Positions 1-9,169 of a stretch of 37,221 nucleotides of DNA are shown here, piece by piece (position 1 is the first letter of the stretch; each line of letters begins with the position of its first letter). The notes beneath the pieces were generated by a model. The model saw only the letters and a program-made list of their open reading frames with translations. It was not told the origin of the DNA and did no database searches. The stretch lies in the NCBI GenBank assembly GCA_012840065.1, contig DUMD01000022.1:1-37221 (forward strand), given 5' to 3'. The translations under genes and the position numbers were made by a program. This DNA comes from Clostridia bacterium (lineage in GTDB: Bacteria > Bacillota > DUMD01).

Positions 1-342
1 TAATATGACATTTTTCATTTCAACCATTTTCTTCCCTAGTGAGTTCAATTCCAAAACTGCTTCTTGGCATCTTTTCATGGCATCGTCAATCATTTTATGT
101 TTTTCCCTGCTCTTTGTAACACTTTCAGTCTGTTCTTCTATGGTTTTGGATATTCTGGTCATAGCATTCACTGCATTTTGTGAGTTTGTTTGCAATTCTT
201 TAACTATTTGCTCTATTGCTCTTGTGGAGTTTCCTGATTGCTCTGCCAGTTTTCTTATCTCTTCTGCAACAACTGCAAAGCCTCTTCCCAATTCTCCTAC
301 TCTCGCAGCCTCTATTGCACTAAATAGAATCATATGTACCAT
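1..342 (-). CDS. methyl-accepting chemotaxis protein signalling-domain fragment (partial, runs off the window start; N-terminally truncated, possibly a pseudogene)
   Basis: The minus-strand translation reads [51 protein letters not shown]... This is the conserved MCP hairpin-tip motif ([23 protein letters not shown]). An in-frame TAA lies at 355-357, the first ATG is at 342, and no Shine-Dalgarno precedes it. The listed + strand ORF 5..358 is its antisense shadow. Confidence 0.6.
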   Translation of the reverse strand, partial: MVHMILFSAIEAARVGELGRGFAVVAEEIRKLAEQSGNSTRAIEQIVKELQTNSQNAVNAMTRISKTIEEQTESVTKSREKHKMIDDAMKRCQEAVLELNSLGKKMVEMKNVIL

Positions 343-586
343 GGGTTTCGATAATTAGTGAAAGCAAGCTAAATACTTTAATTATTCTTTAAATATATAA
401 AAAAACTACAAATGATATCATGAAAACCTGAAAAATATCTCCATCAGATACATGTACTATTTTCAACAGTATGCACGATAAAATGATAAGTAGCAATCAC
501 CCCATACTTACCCATTTTTCACCATTGATTAGTGTTCCATAATAATTAAACTAAAAAGGTGTTTCATAACACCATATTTTAATATA

Positions 587-630
587 AAAAGGGGTAATAT
601 TTCTTAAAATTAAGAAATATTACCCCTTTT
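587..630 (-). terminator. intrinsic terminator downstream of ppdK (bidirectional hairpin)
   Basis: Perfect 19-bp inverted repeat aaaaggggtaatatttctt / aagaaatattacccctttt with a 6-nt loop. It is flanked by A/T runs and lies about 70 nt after the ppdK stop. Confidence 0.8.
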
Positions 631-702
631 ATAACCTACTATAAAAACCGTCAAGTCCTTGATACGTAAGGCTTACGCCACTTCTTATTAGCCTATTTTT
701 AC

Positions 703-3357
703 CTACTTACGATTGGTCCTTGTTTTAACCGCCGCCTGGGCAGCAGCTAAACGAGCGATCGGAACTCTGAAAGGTGAACAGCTTACGTAATTCAAACCAA
801 CCATATGGCAGAACTCAACAGAGCTATGTTCTCCTCCATGCTCACCGCAAATACCCAATTTAAGGTTTGCTTTAACCCCTCTTCCTTTATCTACTGCTAA
901 TTTAACTAATTGTCCAACCCCATTTCTATCCAAAACAGCAAAGGGGTTGTCAGGTAAAATCTTATTGTTCAGATAATAAGGAAGAAATTTACCCTCAGCG
1001 TCATCCCGGCTGAAACCAAAAGTAGTTTGGGTTAAGTCATTCGTTCCAAAGGAGAAGAAATCAGCAAATTCGGCAATTTGATCGGCTGTCAGACAAGCCC
1101 GAGGAGTTTCAATCATTGTACCAACTAAATAATCACATTCAACCCCGGTTTCTTTAAATATTTTTTCGGCAGTATCCACGGTAAGTTTGCGCATAATATC
1201 CAATTCATTTGAGTGAATTACTAACGGAATCATTATTTCCGGTTTGACATCATAGCCTTCTTTCTTCAGTTCCACAACCGCTTCGATGATTGCTTTAACC
1301 TGCATGCTATAAATTTCAGGATAAACTATCCCCAACCTGCAACCCCTATGACCTAACATCGGGTTAAATTCGCTTAGGGCTTTAACTTTTCGCAGCAGGT
1401 TTTCTTTTTCTGCAATTTCCTGAGGATCACCATTCTGCAAACGCAGTTTTGTTACCTCAACAAGCAACTCTTCTTCATTGGGAAGAAATTCATGCAAAGG
1501 AGGATCAAGAAGGCGAATAGTTACCGGTAGCCCTTCCATAGCCGCTAGTATACCTTTAAAATCTTCTCTCTGCATAGGTAGTAATTTAGCTAGCGCTTCT
1601 TCCCGTTCTTCTAAAGTTTCAGCTAAAATCATTTGTTGAACAATTGGCAGCCGTTTTGGATCCATAAACATATGTTCTGTACGGCAAAGACCGATACCTT
1701 CAGCTCCAAATTCCCGAGCCTTCCGAGCATCTTCAGGGGTGTCAGCATTGGCTCTAACCCCTAAAACACGAATTTCATCGGCCCAAGAAAGAAGTTCCTG
1801 GAATTCTGCACTAAGTTCTGGGTCAATAGTAGGAACCTCACCTAACATAACCTGACCGGTTGAACCATCAATGGTAATAAAGTCCCCTTCTTTAACAACA
1901 ACATCTCCAACTTTAAATAGTTTTTGAGCATAATCAATTTTAATCGCTTCGCAACCACAAACACAAGGTTTACCCATTCCCCTTGCTACCACCGCAGCAT
2001 GGCTGGTCATTCCACCCCTGGCGGTTAAAACACCCTGGGCTGCAACTATTCCATGAATATCATCCGGTACAGTTTCTGTCCGCACTAAAACAACTTTTTT
2101 TCCCTCTTTGCCCAGTTTTTCCGCTAGGTCAGCATCAAAAACAACTTCTCCAACTGCTGCCCCGGGAGAAGCCGGAAGACCTTTGGCCAAAACTTCAACT
2201 CTAGCATCAGGATCAAGTCTTCTGTGTAAAAGCTGGTCTAATTGTTCAGGTTCTACTCTCAAAAGCGCCTCTTCTTTAGTAATTATCCCTTCTTTTACTA
2301 AATCAACAGCAATTTTTACGGCAGCGGCGGCAGTTCTTTTACCATTTCTGGTTTGTAATAAGTATAATTTACCTTTTTCAATGGTAAATTCGATGTCCTG
2401 TACATCTCTATAATGCTGTTCTAAAAGATTACAAATTTTCATGAACTCTTCAAATACTTCAGGCATTTCCTCTTGTAACTTCATAATAGGTTGGGGAGTA
2501 CGAATACCAGCCACCACATCTTCTCCTTGAGCATTTACCAGATATTCCCCATAAACAACTTTTTCCCCAGTTGACGGATTACGAGTAAAAGCAACACCTG
2601 TTCCAGATGTATTACCAGCATTACCAAATACCATGGATTGAACATTAACAGCAGTTCCTAAGTGATCGGGAATCTTATTGATTTGACGATAAACAATGGC
2701 CCGCTGATTGTTCCAAGAAGCAAAAACAGCGTTTATAGCTAACATTAATTGTTTTAAGGGATCCTGAGGAAAATCCTCTCCGATCTCTTTTCTAACTAAT
2801 TTTTTATACTCCTCTACTATTCCTTGAAGAGCAGATACATCCAATTCAGTATCATAAACTACTTTTCTTTCTTGTTTAAATTTATCAATAACCTCTTCAA
2901 AAAGATAATGTTCAATTCTTAAAACCACGTTGCCAAACATTTGGATAAACCGGCGGTAACAGTCATAAGCAAATCTTTCATCCTGAGTTTGTTTTATTAA
3001 TCCTTTAACCGTTTCATCGTTTAAACCAAGATTGAGGATAGTGTCCATCATTCCCGGCATGGAGATCACAGCACCTGAACGTACTGAAACCAATAAAGGA
3101 TTCTCTGTACTGCCAAACTTCTTTCCAATTTTCTGTTCAAGCTTACTAAGGTTATCCATAATTTGTTCTTCTAAACCTTCCGGAAATTTTTCTCCTTGGG
3201 CATAAAACTCGTTACAAGCCTCAGTTGTGATTGTAAAACCGGGAGGTACAGGCAAACCAATTCTAGTCATTTCTGCTAGACCTGCACCTTTACCCCCTAG
3301 CAAATTTTTGATTTCCATACTTCCCTCTTCAAAAGCATAAACATATTTTTTACCCAC
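703..3357 (-). CDS. ppdK: pyruvate, phosphate dikinase
   Basis: 884 aa. N-terminus MGKKYVYAFEEG, phospho-His loop GGMTSHAAVVARGMG, C-terminal GICGEHGG motif. GTG start at 3357 with AGGAGG 9 nt upstream. The start overlaps the upstream gene by 8 nt. Confidence 0.97.
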   Translation of the reverse strand: MGKKYVYAFEEGSMEIKNLLGGKGAGLAEMTRIGLPVPPGFTITTEACNEFYAQGEKFPEGLEEQIMDNLSKLEQKIGKKFGSTENPLLVSVRSGAVISMPGMMDTILNLGLNDETVKGLIKQTQDERFAYDCYRRFIQMFGNVVLRIEHYLFEEVIDKFKQERKVVYDTELDVSALQGIVEEYKKLVRKEIGEDFPQDPLKQLMLAINAVFASWNNQRAIVYRQINKIPDHLGTAVNVQSMVFGNAGNTSGTGVAFTRNPSTGEKVVYGEYLVNAQGEDVVAGIRTPQPIMKLQEEMPEVFEEFMKICNLLEQHYRDVQDIEFTIEKGKLYLLQTRNGKRTAAAAVKIAVDLVKEGIITKEEALLRVEPEQLDQLLHRRLDPDARVEVLAKGLPASPGAAVGEVVFDADLAEKLGKEGKKVVLVRTETVPDDIHGIVAAQGVLTARGGMTSHAAVVARGMGKPCVCGCEAIKIDYAQKLFKVGDVVVKEGDFITIDGSTGQVMLGEVPTIDPELSAEFQELLSWADEIRVLGVRANADTPEDARKAREFGAEGIGLCRTEHMFMDPKRLPIVQQMILAETLEEREEALAKLLPMQREDFKGILAAMEGLPVTIRLLDPPLHEFLPNEEELLVEVTKLRLQNGDPQEIAEKENLLRKVKALSEFNPMLGHRGCRLGIVYPEIYSMQVKAIIEAVVELKKEGYDVKPEIMIPLVIHSNELDIMRKLTVDTAEKIFKETGVECDYLVGTMIETPRACLTADQIAEFADFFSFGTNDLTQTTFGFSRDDAEGKFLPYYLNNKILPDNPFAVLDRNGVGQLVKLAVDKGRGVKANLKLGICGEHGGEHSSVEFCHMVGLNYVSCSPFRVPIARLAAAQAAVKTRTNRK

Positions 3358-4189
3358 TGAATTTGCCCTCCTTGCGTAGAATATTTAATATTTCATTGGC
3401 TGTCTCTTCGATAGCCTTATTGGTAACATCAATAATAGGACAGCGAAGTTTTTTCATAATCTTTTGAGCATACTCTATTTCCTCTAGAATTCTTTCTAAA
3501 CTGGCATAATCAGCATTTGCAGAAAGGCCCAAAGCTTTAAGACGAGCTTGACGGATTCCTGTAAGCTGAATAGGGTCGATAGTTAAACCAATAATTTTAT
3601 TGGCAGGCTGCATAAATAATTCCTCCGGAGGAGCTACCTCAGGAACAAGGGGAACATTTGCCACTTTTAAACGTTTATTAGCTAAATACATGCTTACAGG
3701 CGTCTTTGATGTTCTGGAGATTCCAACTAAAATAATATCAGCATAAATTAGTCCTCTAGGATCTTTACCATCATCATATTTAACCGCAAATTCTATTGCT
3801 TCGATCTTCTGAAAATATTTCTCATCCATTCGATGAAGAAGACCGGCCTCAAGTTTGGGTTTTTTACCGGTCATTATGGCAAAGGCATCTATTACAGGAC
3901 CCAAAATATCCACTGTATAAACATTATATTTTTCTGCTTCTCGACGAAGAATTTCCTTTAATTCAGGAGAAACTAAGGTATAAACGATGATACTTTTATA
4001 TTTTGCCGCATTAACAACCGCCTCTTCTATTGCCTCAGGACTGCTAACATAAGAAAGACGTTTAATTACCACATGACCGGAATTATATTGGCTTGCTGCT
4101 GCTCTTACAACAAACTCTGCCGTCTCACCTACAGAATCAGACACAACAAAAATAATAGGTGTCTTTCCTTCTTGATCTTTGATCTCCAT
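3350..4189 (-). CDS. pyruvate, phosphate dikinase regulatory protein (PDRP, DUF299, YqfL-like kinase/pyrophosphorylase)
   Basis: 279 aa. N-terminal VVSDSVGETAEFV and P-loop-like VGISRTSKTPVSMYLA, both typical of the PDRP/PSRP family. It sits immediately upstream of ppdK and overlaps it. Confidence 0.9.
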   Translation of the reverse strand: MEIKDQEGKTPIIFVVSDSVGETAEFVVRAAASQYNSGHVVIKRLSYVSSPEAIEEAVVNAAKYKSIIVYTLVSPELKEILRREAEKYNVYTVDILGPVIDAFAIMTGKKPKLEAGLLHRMDEKYFQKIEAIEFAVKYDDGKDPRGLIYADIILVGISRTSKTPVSMYLANKRLKVANVPLVPEVAPPEELFMQPANKIIGLTIDPIQLTGIRQARLKALGLSANADYASLERILEEIEYAQKIMKKLRCPIIDVTNKAIEETANEILNILRKEGKFSG

Positions 4190-4206
4190 CTCCCCCCTTT
4201 TAAAAA

Positions 4207-4223
4207 CCCTAGCTAACCTAGGG
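4207..4223 (-). terminator. weak hairpin between ccpN and the PDRP gene (possible attenuator)
   Basis: On the minus strand CCCTAG-gttag-CTAGGG is followed by TTTTT. The stem is only 6 bp, so at best this is a partial terminator. Confidence 0.3.
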
Positions 4224-4266
4224 AAATTTTATCTTAACCATAAACAAGTTTCAATAGTGAAAAAAG

Positions 4267-4911
4267 TTAGTTAAAGGAACTTATTCCACCCCTACCCAAC
4301 TCCACAAACAATTTTGTAATGTTTGTTTTAGAAATTCTTCCCACAACCTCTAACCTTCCACTATTATCCAAAGGTTTCACAACAGGCAAAGCATCAACTT
4401 GATGTTCGATCATCTTTCTGGCAGCATCATAAACCGATTCCTCCAATGTGCAAACAACAATATTCGGCATTCTAGTCATCACAACACTAACTGGCGTCTT
4501 ATTTATTTCGGAATTGCCCAAAGTAGCTTTAAGAAGGTCTTTTCGCGATAAGACTCCTGCCAGAATACCCCCTGACTGAACTACAAACAAGGTCCCCACA
4601 TCTTCTAAAAACATTGTTACAACAGCATCATAAACAGAGGTCTCCTCGCTAACAACAACAGCTAAAGACTTTACCTGCCCCACCTTAACTTTAAGAATCT
4701 GTTCAGAAATTTCAATATCGGCAGACTTTTCCACATAAAAATAGCCTACCCTTGGTCTTGCTTCCAGCACTCCTGCTTTAGTAAGTACAGCCAGATCAGT
4801 GCGTAAAGTAGAATGAGCAAGGTTGAGTTTAGTAGCAATTTCCTTTCCCGAAATAGGTCCTTCCGATTTAACTATATCAATAATCTTTTTTTGTCTTTTT
4901 GAGATCTTAAT
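4267..4911 (-). CDS. ccpN: CcpN-like transcriptional repressor (N-terminal wHTH plus two CBS domains)
   Basis: The ORF track starts at 4770 (GTG). The reading frame is open up to 4919, however, and encodes IKISKRQKKIIDIVKSEGPISGKEIATKLNLAHSTLRTDLAVLTKAGVLEARPRVGYFY. This matches the B. subtilis CcpN N-terminal HTH as I recall it. No ATG, GTG or TTG lies between the upstream in-frame TGA and this domain. The best start candidate is ATT at 4911, 6 nt after GGGTGGTGA. With that start the product is 214 aa (B. subtilis CcpN is about 212 aa). Confidence 0.8.
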   Translation of the reverse strand: MKISKRQKKIIDIVKSEGPISGKEIATKLNLAHSTLRTDLAVLTKAGVLEARPRVGYFYVEKSADIEISEQILKVKVGQVKSLAVVVSEETSVYDAVVTMFLEDVGTLFVVQSGGILAGVLSRKDLLKATLGNSEINKTPVSVVMTRMPNIVVCTLEESVYDAARKMIEHQVDALPVVKPLDNSGRLEVVGRISKTNITKLFVELGRGGISSFN

Positions 4912-5025
4912 TGAGGATCACCACCCAAATATGTCATACTATTTAGGGCAAAACTAGTAAATAACACCTATTATTATACAATATTAAAAAGAAAATTTCC
5001 TCTTATTTATATTTTTTTATCATAG

Positions 5026-5064
5026 AAAATAGTCAGTTGTAGTTATTCTACAACTGACTATTTT
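5026..5064 (-). terminator. intrinsic terminator after glyS
   Basis: Inverted repeat aaaatagtcagttgtag / tacaactgactatttt with a 6-nt loop, immediately after the glyS stop (5068). Confidence 0.8.
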
Positions 5065-5067
5065 AGA

Positions 5068-7158
5068 TTAATTAGTTGTCAACTTTGACAAATCCCCTAT
5101 TTTCTTAAATAAATTGCTTATAAGTAAAAGCAGTTGCAAACGATTGGTACGGACTGCCTCATCATCAACCATAACCATCACATTATCAAAAAATTTATTA
5201 ATAGGCTCCTTGAGCTCTTCTAAACTCTGTAGGGCAGATTCATAATCAGAAGCAAGAAGTTTATTTGTTACTTCTTTTTCCACCTTAAGATAAGACTGAT
5301 ATAATTGTTTTTCTGCAGGAACAGCAAGTAACCACTCCTGGATAGGATTATCCTCTGTTTTCTCAATTTTTTTGGCTAAATTATTAGCCCTATTAAAGGC
5401 AGCCAACAAATCATTGAAAGAGCTAGTTGCCCGGAATTTAGCCAGAGCATTAGCCCTTTTCCAGCATTCAATAGGCTTTTCACTGTTGGTCGCCAATACA
5501 GCTTCTACAATATCAGCGGAAATACCTTTTGTTGTAAAGATATAGCGAATTCTTTGGATAAAGAAGTCTAAGATCTCCGTTTTGACTTCCTGTTCCGGCC
5601 GTTTCAATTTACCTTCTGATTTGTACCTATTAACTGCTTGGTCAATTAAAGTTTGCAACGATATGTCTAATTCCGTTTCTAAAAGAATATAAATTATTCC
5701 CTGCGCTTGGCGCCGAAGGGCATAGGGATCTTGAGAGCCGCTGGGTATAATACCAATACCAAAACAACCTGCAATTGTATCCATTTTATCAGCGATACTA
5801 ACAATCGTTCCAACCATGGTTTGAGGTAGTTCATCTTCAGCATGTCTAGGCAGGTAGTGTTCAAATATGCCAACAGCAACCTCATTTGGTTCATTAGATA
5901 AATAAGCATATTCCCTTCCCATAATTCCCTGGAGTTCGGGAAACTCGTAAACCATATTAGTTACTAGATCTGCCTTAGCCAACCAAGCTGCTCGCTGAAC
6001 AGAATGCTGCAGTTCCTCACTCAATTTCAAGTTCTTTGCCAAAAATGCTGCAAAATCTACAATACGCTTCGTTTTTTCATAAACAGTTCCCAAACTTTCT
6101 TGAAAGACTATCTGTTTTAACCGTTCAACCTTATTAGCTAAAGGCTCAGCCTGGTCCTCTTCGTAAAAGAATTTAGCATCCGCTAACCTTGCCCTTAACA
6201 CCTTCTCATTTCCCGCCTGAACAATTTCCAAATGTTCTTTACCGCCGTTTCTAACCGTTATGAATAAAGGAAGAAGTTTTCCCTCTTTGTCCACTACAGG
6301 AAAATACTTTTGGTGTTCCCGCATGGTAGTAATCAATACTTCCTTAGGTAATTTTAAATAATCTTCTTCAAATTTGCCGCACAAAGCAGTAGGATACTCA
6401 ACCAAGAAAGTTACTTCTTCCAACAAAGACTGATCGATTAAAACTTCTCCTCCCTGCTCCCGAGCAAGATTAAGAATCTGCCGTTTTATTTCTTCTTGAC
6501 GTTTATTCTGGTCAAGTATAACATAATTTTCTTCTAATTTAGAAAAATAATCATTAATATCTTTTATTTCCAGTTTACCTTTACTCAGGAAACGGTGACC
6601 ATAAGTAAAATTATCCGGCCTAATCCCATCTAAGGAAAAATCAATTTTTTGGTCGCCGTATAAATTGACTAGCCATCTTATAGGGCGGGCAAAACGAATA
6701 TCCTTATCTCCCCAACGCATTGACTTCGGAAAAGAAATTGAGCTAATTAACCTTACCATTAATTCAGGTAAAATATCTAGAGTAGATTTACTCTCCTCCA
6801 CCTTCACTGCAAAAACATATTGTCCACCTTCTACAGTCTCAACCCGTAAATCAGCAACATCCACTCCTTGACTCTTTGCAGAGCCCAGAGCTGCTTTAGT
6901 AGGTTCCCCTTGTTCAGTAAAGGCTGATTTGGCTGCGGGACCCTTTACCTTTTTTACAGCCCCTTCCTGTTTTTCCGCCAAATCATTAACTAATAAAACA
7001 ATCCTCCTGGGAGTGGCAAAAGTAGAAAGGGAAGTATAACTTAATCTATTTTCTTTTAACAATTCTGCACTAATTTCTGCCAACTGTTTTAAAGCAGCAG
7101 GCAAAAATTTAGCAGGTATTTCCTCAGTCCCAATTTCCAACAATAAATCCTTTGCCAT
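5068..7158 (-). CDS. glyS: glycine--tRNA ligase beta subunit
   Basis: 696 aa. N-terminus MAKDLLLEIGTEEIP is typical of GlyS. The start lies 1 nt after the glyQ stop. Confidence 0.96.
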   Translation of the reverse strand: MAKDLLLEIGTEEIPAKFLPAALKQLAEISAELLKENRLSYTSLSTFATPRRIVLLVNDLAEKQEGAVKKVKGPAAKSAFTEQGEPTKAALGSAKSQGVDVADLRVETVEGGQYVFAVKVEESKSTLDILPELMVRLISSISFPKSMRWGDKDIRFARPIRWLVNLYGDQKIDFSLDGIRPDNFTYGHRFLSKGKLEIKDINDYFSKLEENYVILDQNKRQEEIKRQILNLAREQGGEVLIDQSLLEEVTFLVEYPTALCGKFEEDYLKLPKEVLITTMREHQKYFPVVDKEGKLLPLFITVRNGGKEHLEIVQAGNEKVLRARLADAKFFYEEDQAEPLANKVERLKQIVFQESLGTVYEKTKRIVDFAAFLAKNLKLSEELQHSVQRAAWLAKADLVTNMVYEFPELQGIMGREYAYLSNEPNEVAVGIFEHYLPRHAEDELPQTMVGTIVSIADKMDTIAGCFGIGIIPSGSQDPYALRRQAQGIIYILLETELDISLQTLIDQAVNRYKSEGKLKRPEQEVKTEILDFFIQRIRYIFTTKGISADIVEAVLATNSEKPIECWKRANALAKFRATSSFNDLLAAFNRANNLAKKIEKTEDNPIQEWLLAVPAEKQLYQSYLKVEKEVTNKLLASDYESALQSLEELKEPINKFFDNVMVMVDDEAVRTNRLQLLLLISNLFKKIGDLSKLTTN

Positions 7159-7159
7159 C

Positions 7160-8044
7160 TTACTTACCTCCCTGTGCTTTCTTTAGTAAAGGAAAACCAA
7201 GCCTTTCTCTTTGTTCCAAATAAGCCTGAGCACAGATTCGAGCAAGGTTTCTCACTCTACTAATATAACTTGTTCTCTCAGTTACACTGATTGCCCCCCT
7301 GGCATCTAATAAATTGAAAGTATGGGAACATTTAAGAACATAATCATAAGCTGGAAGCACAAACCCTTTTTCGATAACTCTTTTCGCTTCTTTTTCATAC
7401 ATTTCAAAAAGCTTGAACAACATTTCCACATCAGCAATTTCGAAATTATAGTGGGAATAATCTACCTCTCCCTGATGATGAACATCTCCATACGTAATAC
7501 CATTTACCCATTCAATATCAAAAACACTGTCAACTTTTTGAATATACATAGCTAAACGTTCAATTCCGTAAGTAATTTCGACCGCAACAGGTTTTACATC
7601 TATCCCTCCAACCTGCTGGAAGTAAGTAAATTGAGTTATCTCCATCCCATCCAACCATACCTCCCAACCAAGGCCCCAAGCACCTAAAGTAGGAGATTCC
7701 CAGTCATCTTCTACAAAACGAATATCATGCTGCTCAGGATCAATACCCAAACTTTTTAAACTAGCTAAATACAATTCCTGAATATTATCTGGAGAAGGTT
7801 TCATAATAACCTGATACTGATAGTAGTGTTGTAAGCGGTTGGGGTTTTCCCCATATCTCCCATCGGTAGGACGTCTTGAAGGTTCTACATAGGCAACATT
7901 CCATGGCTCCGGTCCTAAAGCTCTTAAAAAAGTAGCCGGGTTCATTGTCCCTGCTCCAACCTCAATATCATATGGTTGTTGGATAATACACTTTTGGTCG
8001 GACCAAAACTTCTCAAGAGCTAAAATTATTTCCTGAAATGTCAC
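7160..8044 (-). CDS. glyQ: glycine--tRNA ligase alpha subunit
   Basis: The GlyQ core ([13 protein letters not shown]...) is conserved. The ORF track extends to a TTG at 8068, but that extension contains the RBS AAGGAGG. GTG at 8044 lies 8 nt after the RBS and gives MTFQEII..., 294 aa. Confidence 0.93.
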   Translation of the reverse strand: MTFQEIILALEKFWSDQKCIIQQPYDIEVGAGTMNPATFLRALGPEPWNVAYVEPSRRPTDGRYGENPNRLQHYYQYQVIMKPSPDNIQELYLASLKSLGIDPEQHDIRFVEDDWESPTLGAWGLGWEVWLDGMEITQFTYFQQVGGIDVKPVAVEITYGIERLAMYIQKVDSVFDIEWVNGITYGDVHHQGEVDYSHYNFEIADVEMLFKLFEMYEKEAKRVIEKGFVLPAYDYVLKCSHTFNLLDARGAISVTERTSYISRVRNLARICAQAYLEQRERLGFPLLKKAQGGK

Positions 8045-8084
8045 TACCAATTCCTCCTTTACTTGCAATTTAATTCTTTAATAA

Positions 8085-8366
8085 AGAAAATGACCTTTCG
8101 TCTCTGATAATGGTAATTCATTATCAGGGACGAAAGGTCATCCTTCCGCGGTTCCACCCTGATTAGCTGTTCATCTTAACAGCTCCCTTAATTGACTGGG
8201 CTTTACTACTCTGTCGGATTCTTCTTATCCAACAAAGGTTCCTCCCACGCTCCGGAGTGCCTAAGGATTAATAACCAGGCCAGACTTGCACCAAACTCTA
8301 GCTCGCTAAAGCAGGTTTATTAACCTTTATCTCCTTCACAGCTACTACCTTATTTAATTTTTACTT
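8085..8366 (-). promoter_or_regulatory. T-box riboswitch leader, glycine-specific (glyQS)
   Basis: Minus-strand T-box sequence AATCAGGGTGGAACCGCGG (8147-8165). The terminator hairpin gacctttcgtccctgataatg...cattatcagagacgaaaggtc plus a U-run lies at 8091-8140. Stem I elements AGAG and GGTGCAA are present. The specifier context CCTTAGGCACTCCGGAGC, with GGC at 8259-8261, closely resembles the B. subtilis glyQS leader as I recall it. Confidence 0.9.
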
Positions 8367-8371
8367 TCTTA

Positions 8372-8400
8372 AATTTAGCAAATCTAATTATTCTTGTCAA
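8372..8400 (-). promoter_or_regulatory. sigma-A-type promoter for the glyQS leader
   Basis: TTGACA (8400-8395), 17-nt spacer, TAAATT (8377-8372). Confidence 0.6.
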
Positions 8401-8407
8401 CTCTCTA

Positions 8408-9169
8408 TCAAGCCAAAGGCATCTTTTTTAATTTCTTGATAAACTCAACAGATTTTAACCTTTTTTCTAAACGAACATTAATATAAGAAGCAAGATGTGC
8501 CAATAATTCCTCTTTGGTTTCAGTAGAAACTTTTAAAACTGTCAGCCTTTCCCAATCAGTGTTTTGAAGGTGGGAAAGAACAGCAGAACAATTTAGAGAT
8601 AAGGGCCTGGATTTACCCCTCACGGTTTTATTACACTCCTCGCAGATAACACCACCTTGAAGCGGGTTAAAAAAAAGCTGACCAGAAAATCTTTCTTTCC
8701 CGCAATTTAAGCAGTGATCAACAACTGGCTTGTATCCTAAAGCGGATACTAGTTTTAATTGAAAAAAAATCACTGCCAGTCTATATTCTTCCCAATTATT
8801 AACTTTCTCCAGAGCCTGCCGCAAGAGGTAAAAAACCTCAGGCTGACTTTCTTCTGCCGGAACAAAATTTTCTGTCAACTCACATAAATAAGAAGCATAA
8901 GCTAAGCGTTCAAGATCCCCATGTAAGCGGGGAAAACTTCCTTTCAACTCAGCCTGTCCTAGAAGAAACATACCTTTACCCCGATATAGATAGAAATATC
9001 CATGACTGAATTGCTGGGTTGCTGCAGCCAATTTGCTTTTGAATTTTCGTGCTCCTTTAGCAATCGCATCTATTTTACCGATTTCCTTAGTGTAAATGAC
9101 TAAAATTTTATCGGACTCACCAAATTCTCTAACCCTAAGTATTATTCCCTCTACTTGGTGTAAAGACAT
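8408..9169 (-). CDS. recO: DNA repair protein RecO
   Basis: 253 aa. N-terminal OB-fold region EGIILRVREFGESDKILVIYTKEIGK and zinc motif CLNCG...CEEC. Confidence 0.93.
   Translation of the reverse strand: MSLHQVEGIILRVREFGESDKILVIYTKEIGKIDAIAKGARKFKSKLAAATQQFSHGYFYLYRGKGMFLLGQAELKGSFPRLHGDLERLAYASYLCELTENFVPAEESQPEVFYLLRQALEKVNNWEEYRLAVIFFQLKLVSALGYKPVVDHCLNCGKERFSGQLFFNPLQGGVICEECNKTVRGKSRPLSLNCSAVLSHLQNTDWERLTVLKVSTETKEELLAHLASYINVRLEKRLKSVEFIKKLKKMPLA

Noticed and set aside
5-358. 117-aa + strand ORF at the window start
   Set aside because: It is the antisense shadow of the minus-strand MCP signalling-domain sequence. Its translation is a low-complexity S/F/L/C-rich string with no RBS.
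444-515. 23-aa minus-strand ORF MGKYGVIATYHFIVHTVENSTCI in the gap between ppdK and the MCP fragment
   Set aside because: The RBS spacing is marginal, I recognise no similarity, and ORFs of this size arise by chance in AT-rich spacers.
1983-2413. + strand ORFs (73 and 101 aa) inside ppdK
   Set aside because: They are antisense to a strongly conserved gene and have no RBS or recognisable domains. The same reasoning applies to the other short opposite-strand ORFs nested in glyS, glyQ, deoC, pgpH, phoH, yqfD, mtaB, dnaK, grpE, the chaperonin gene and lepA.
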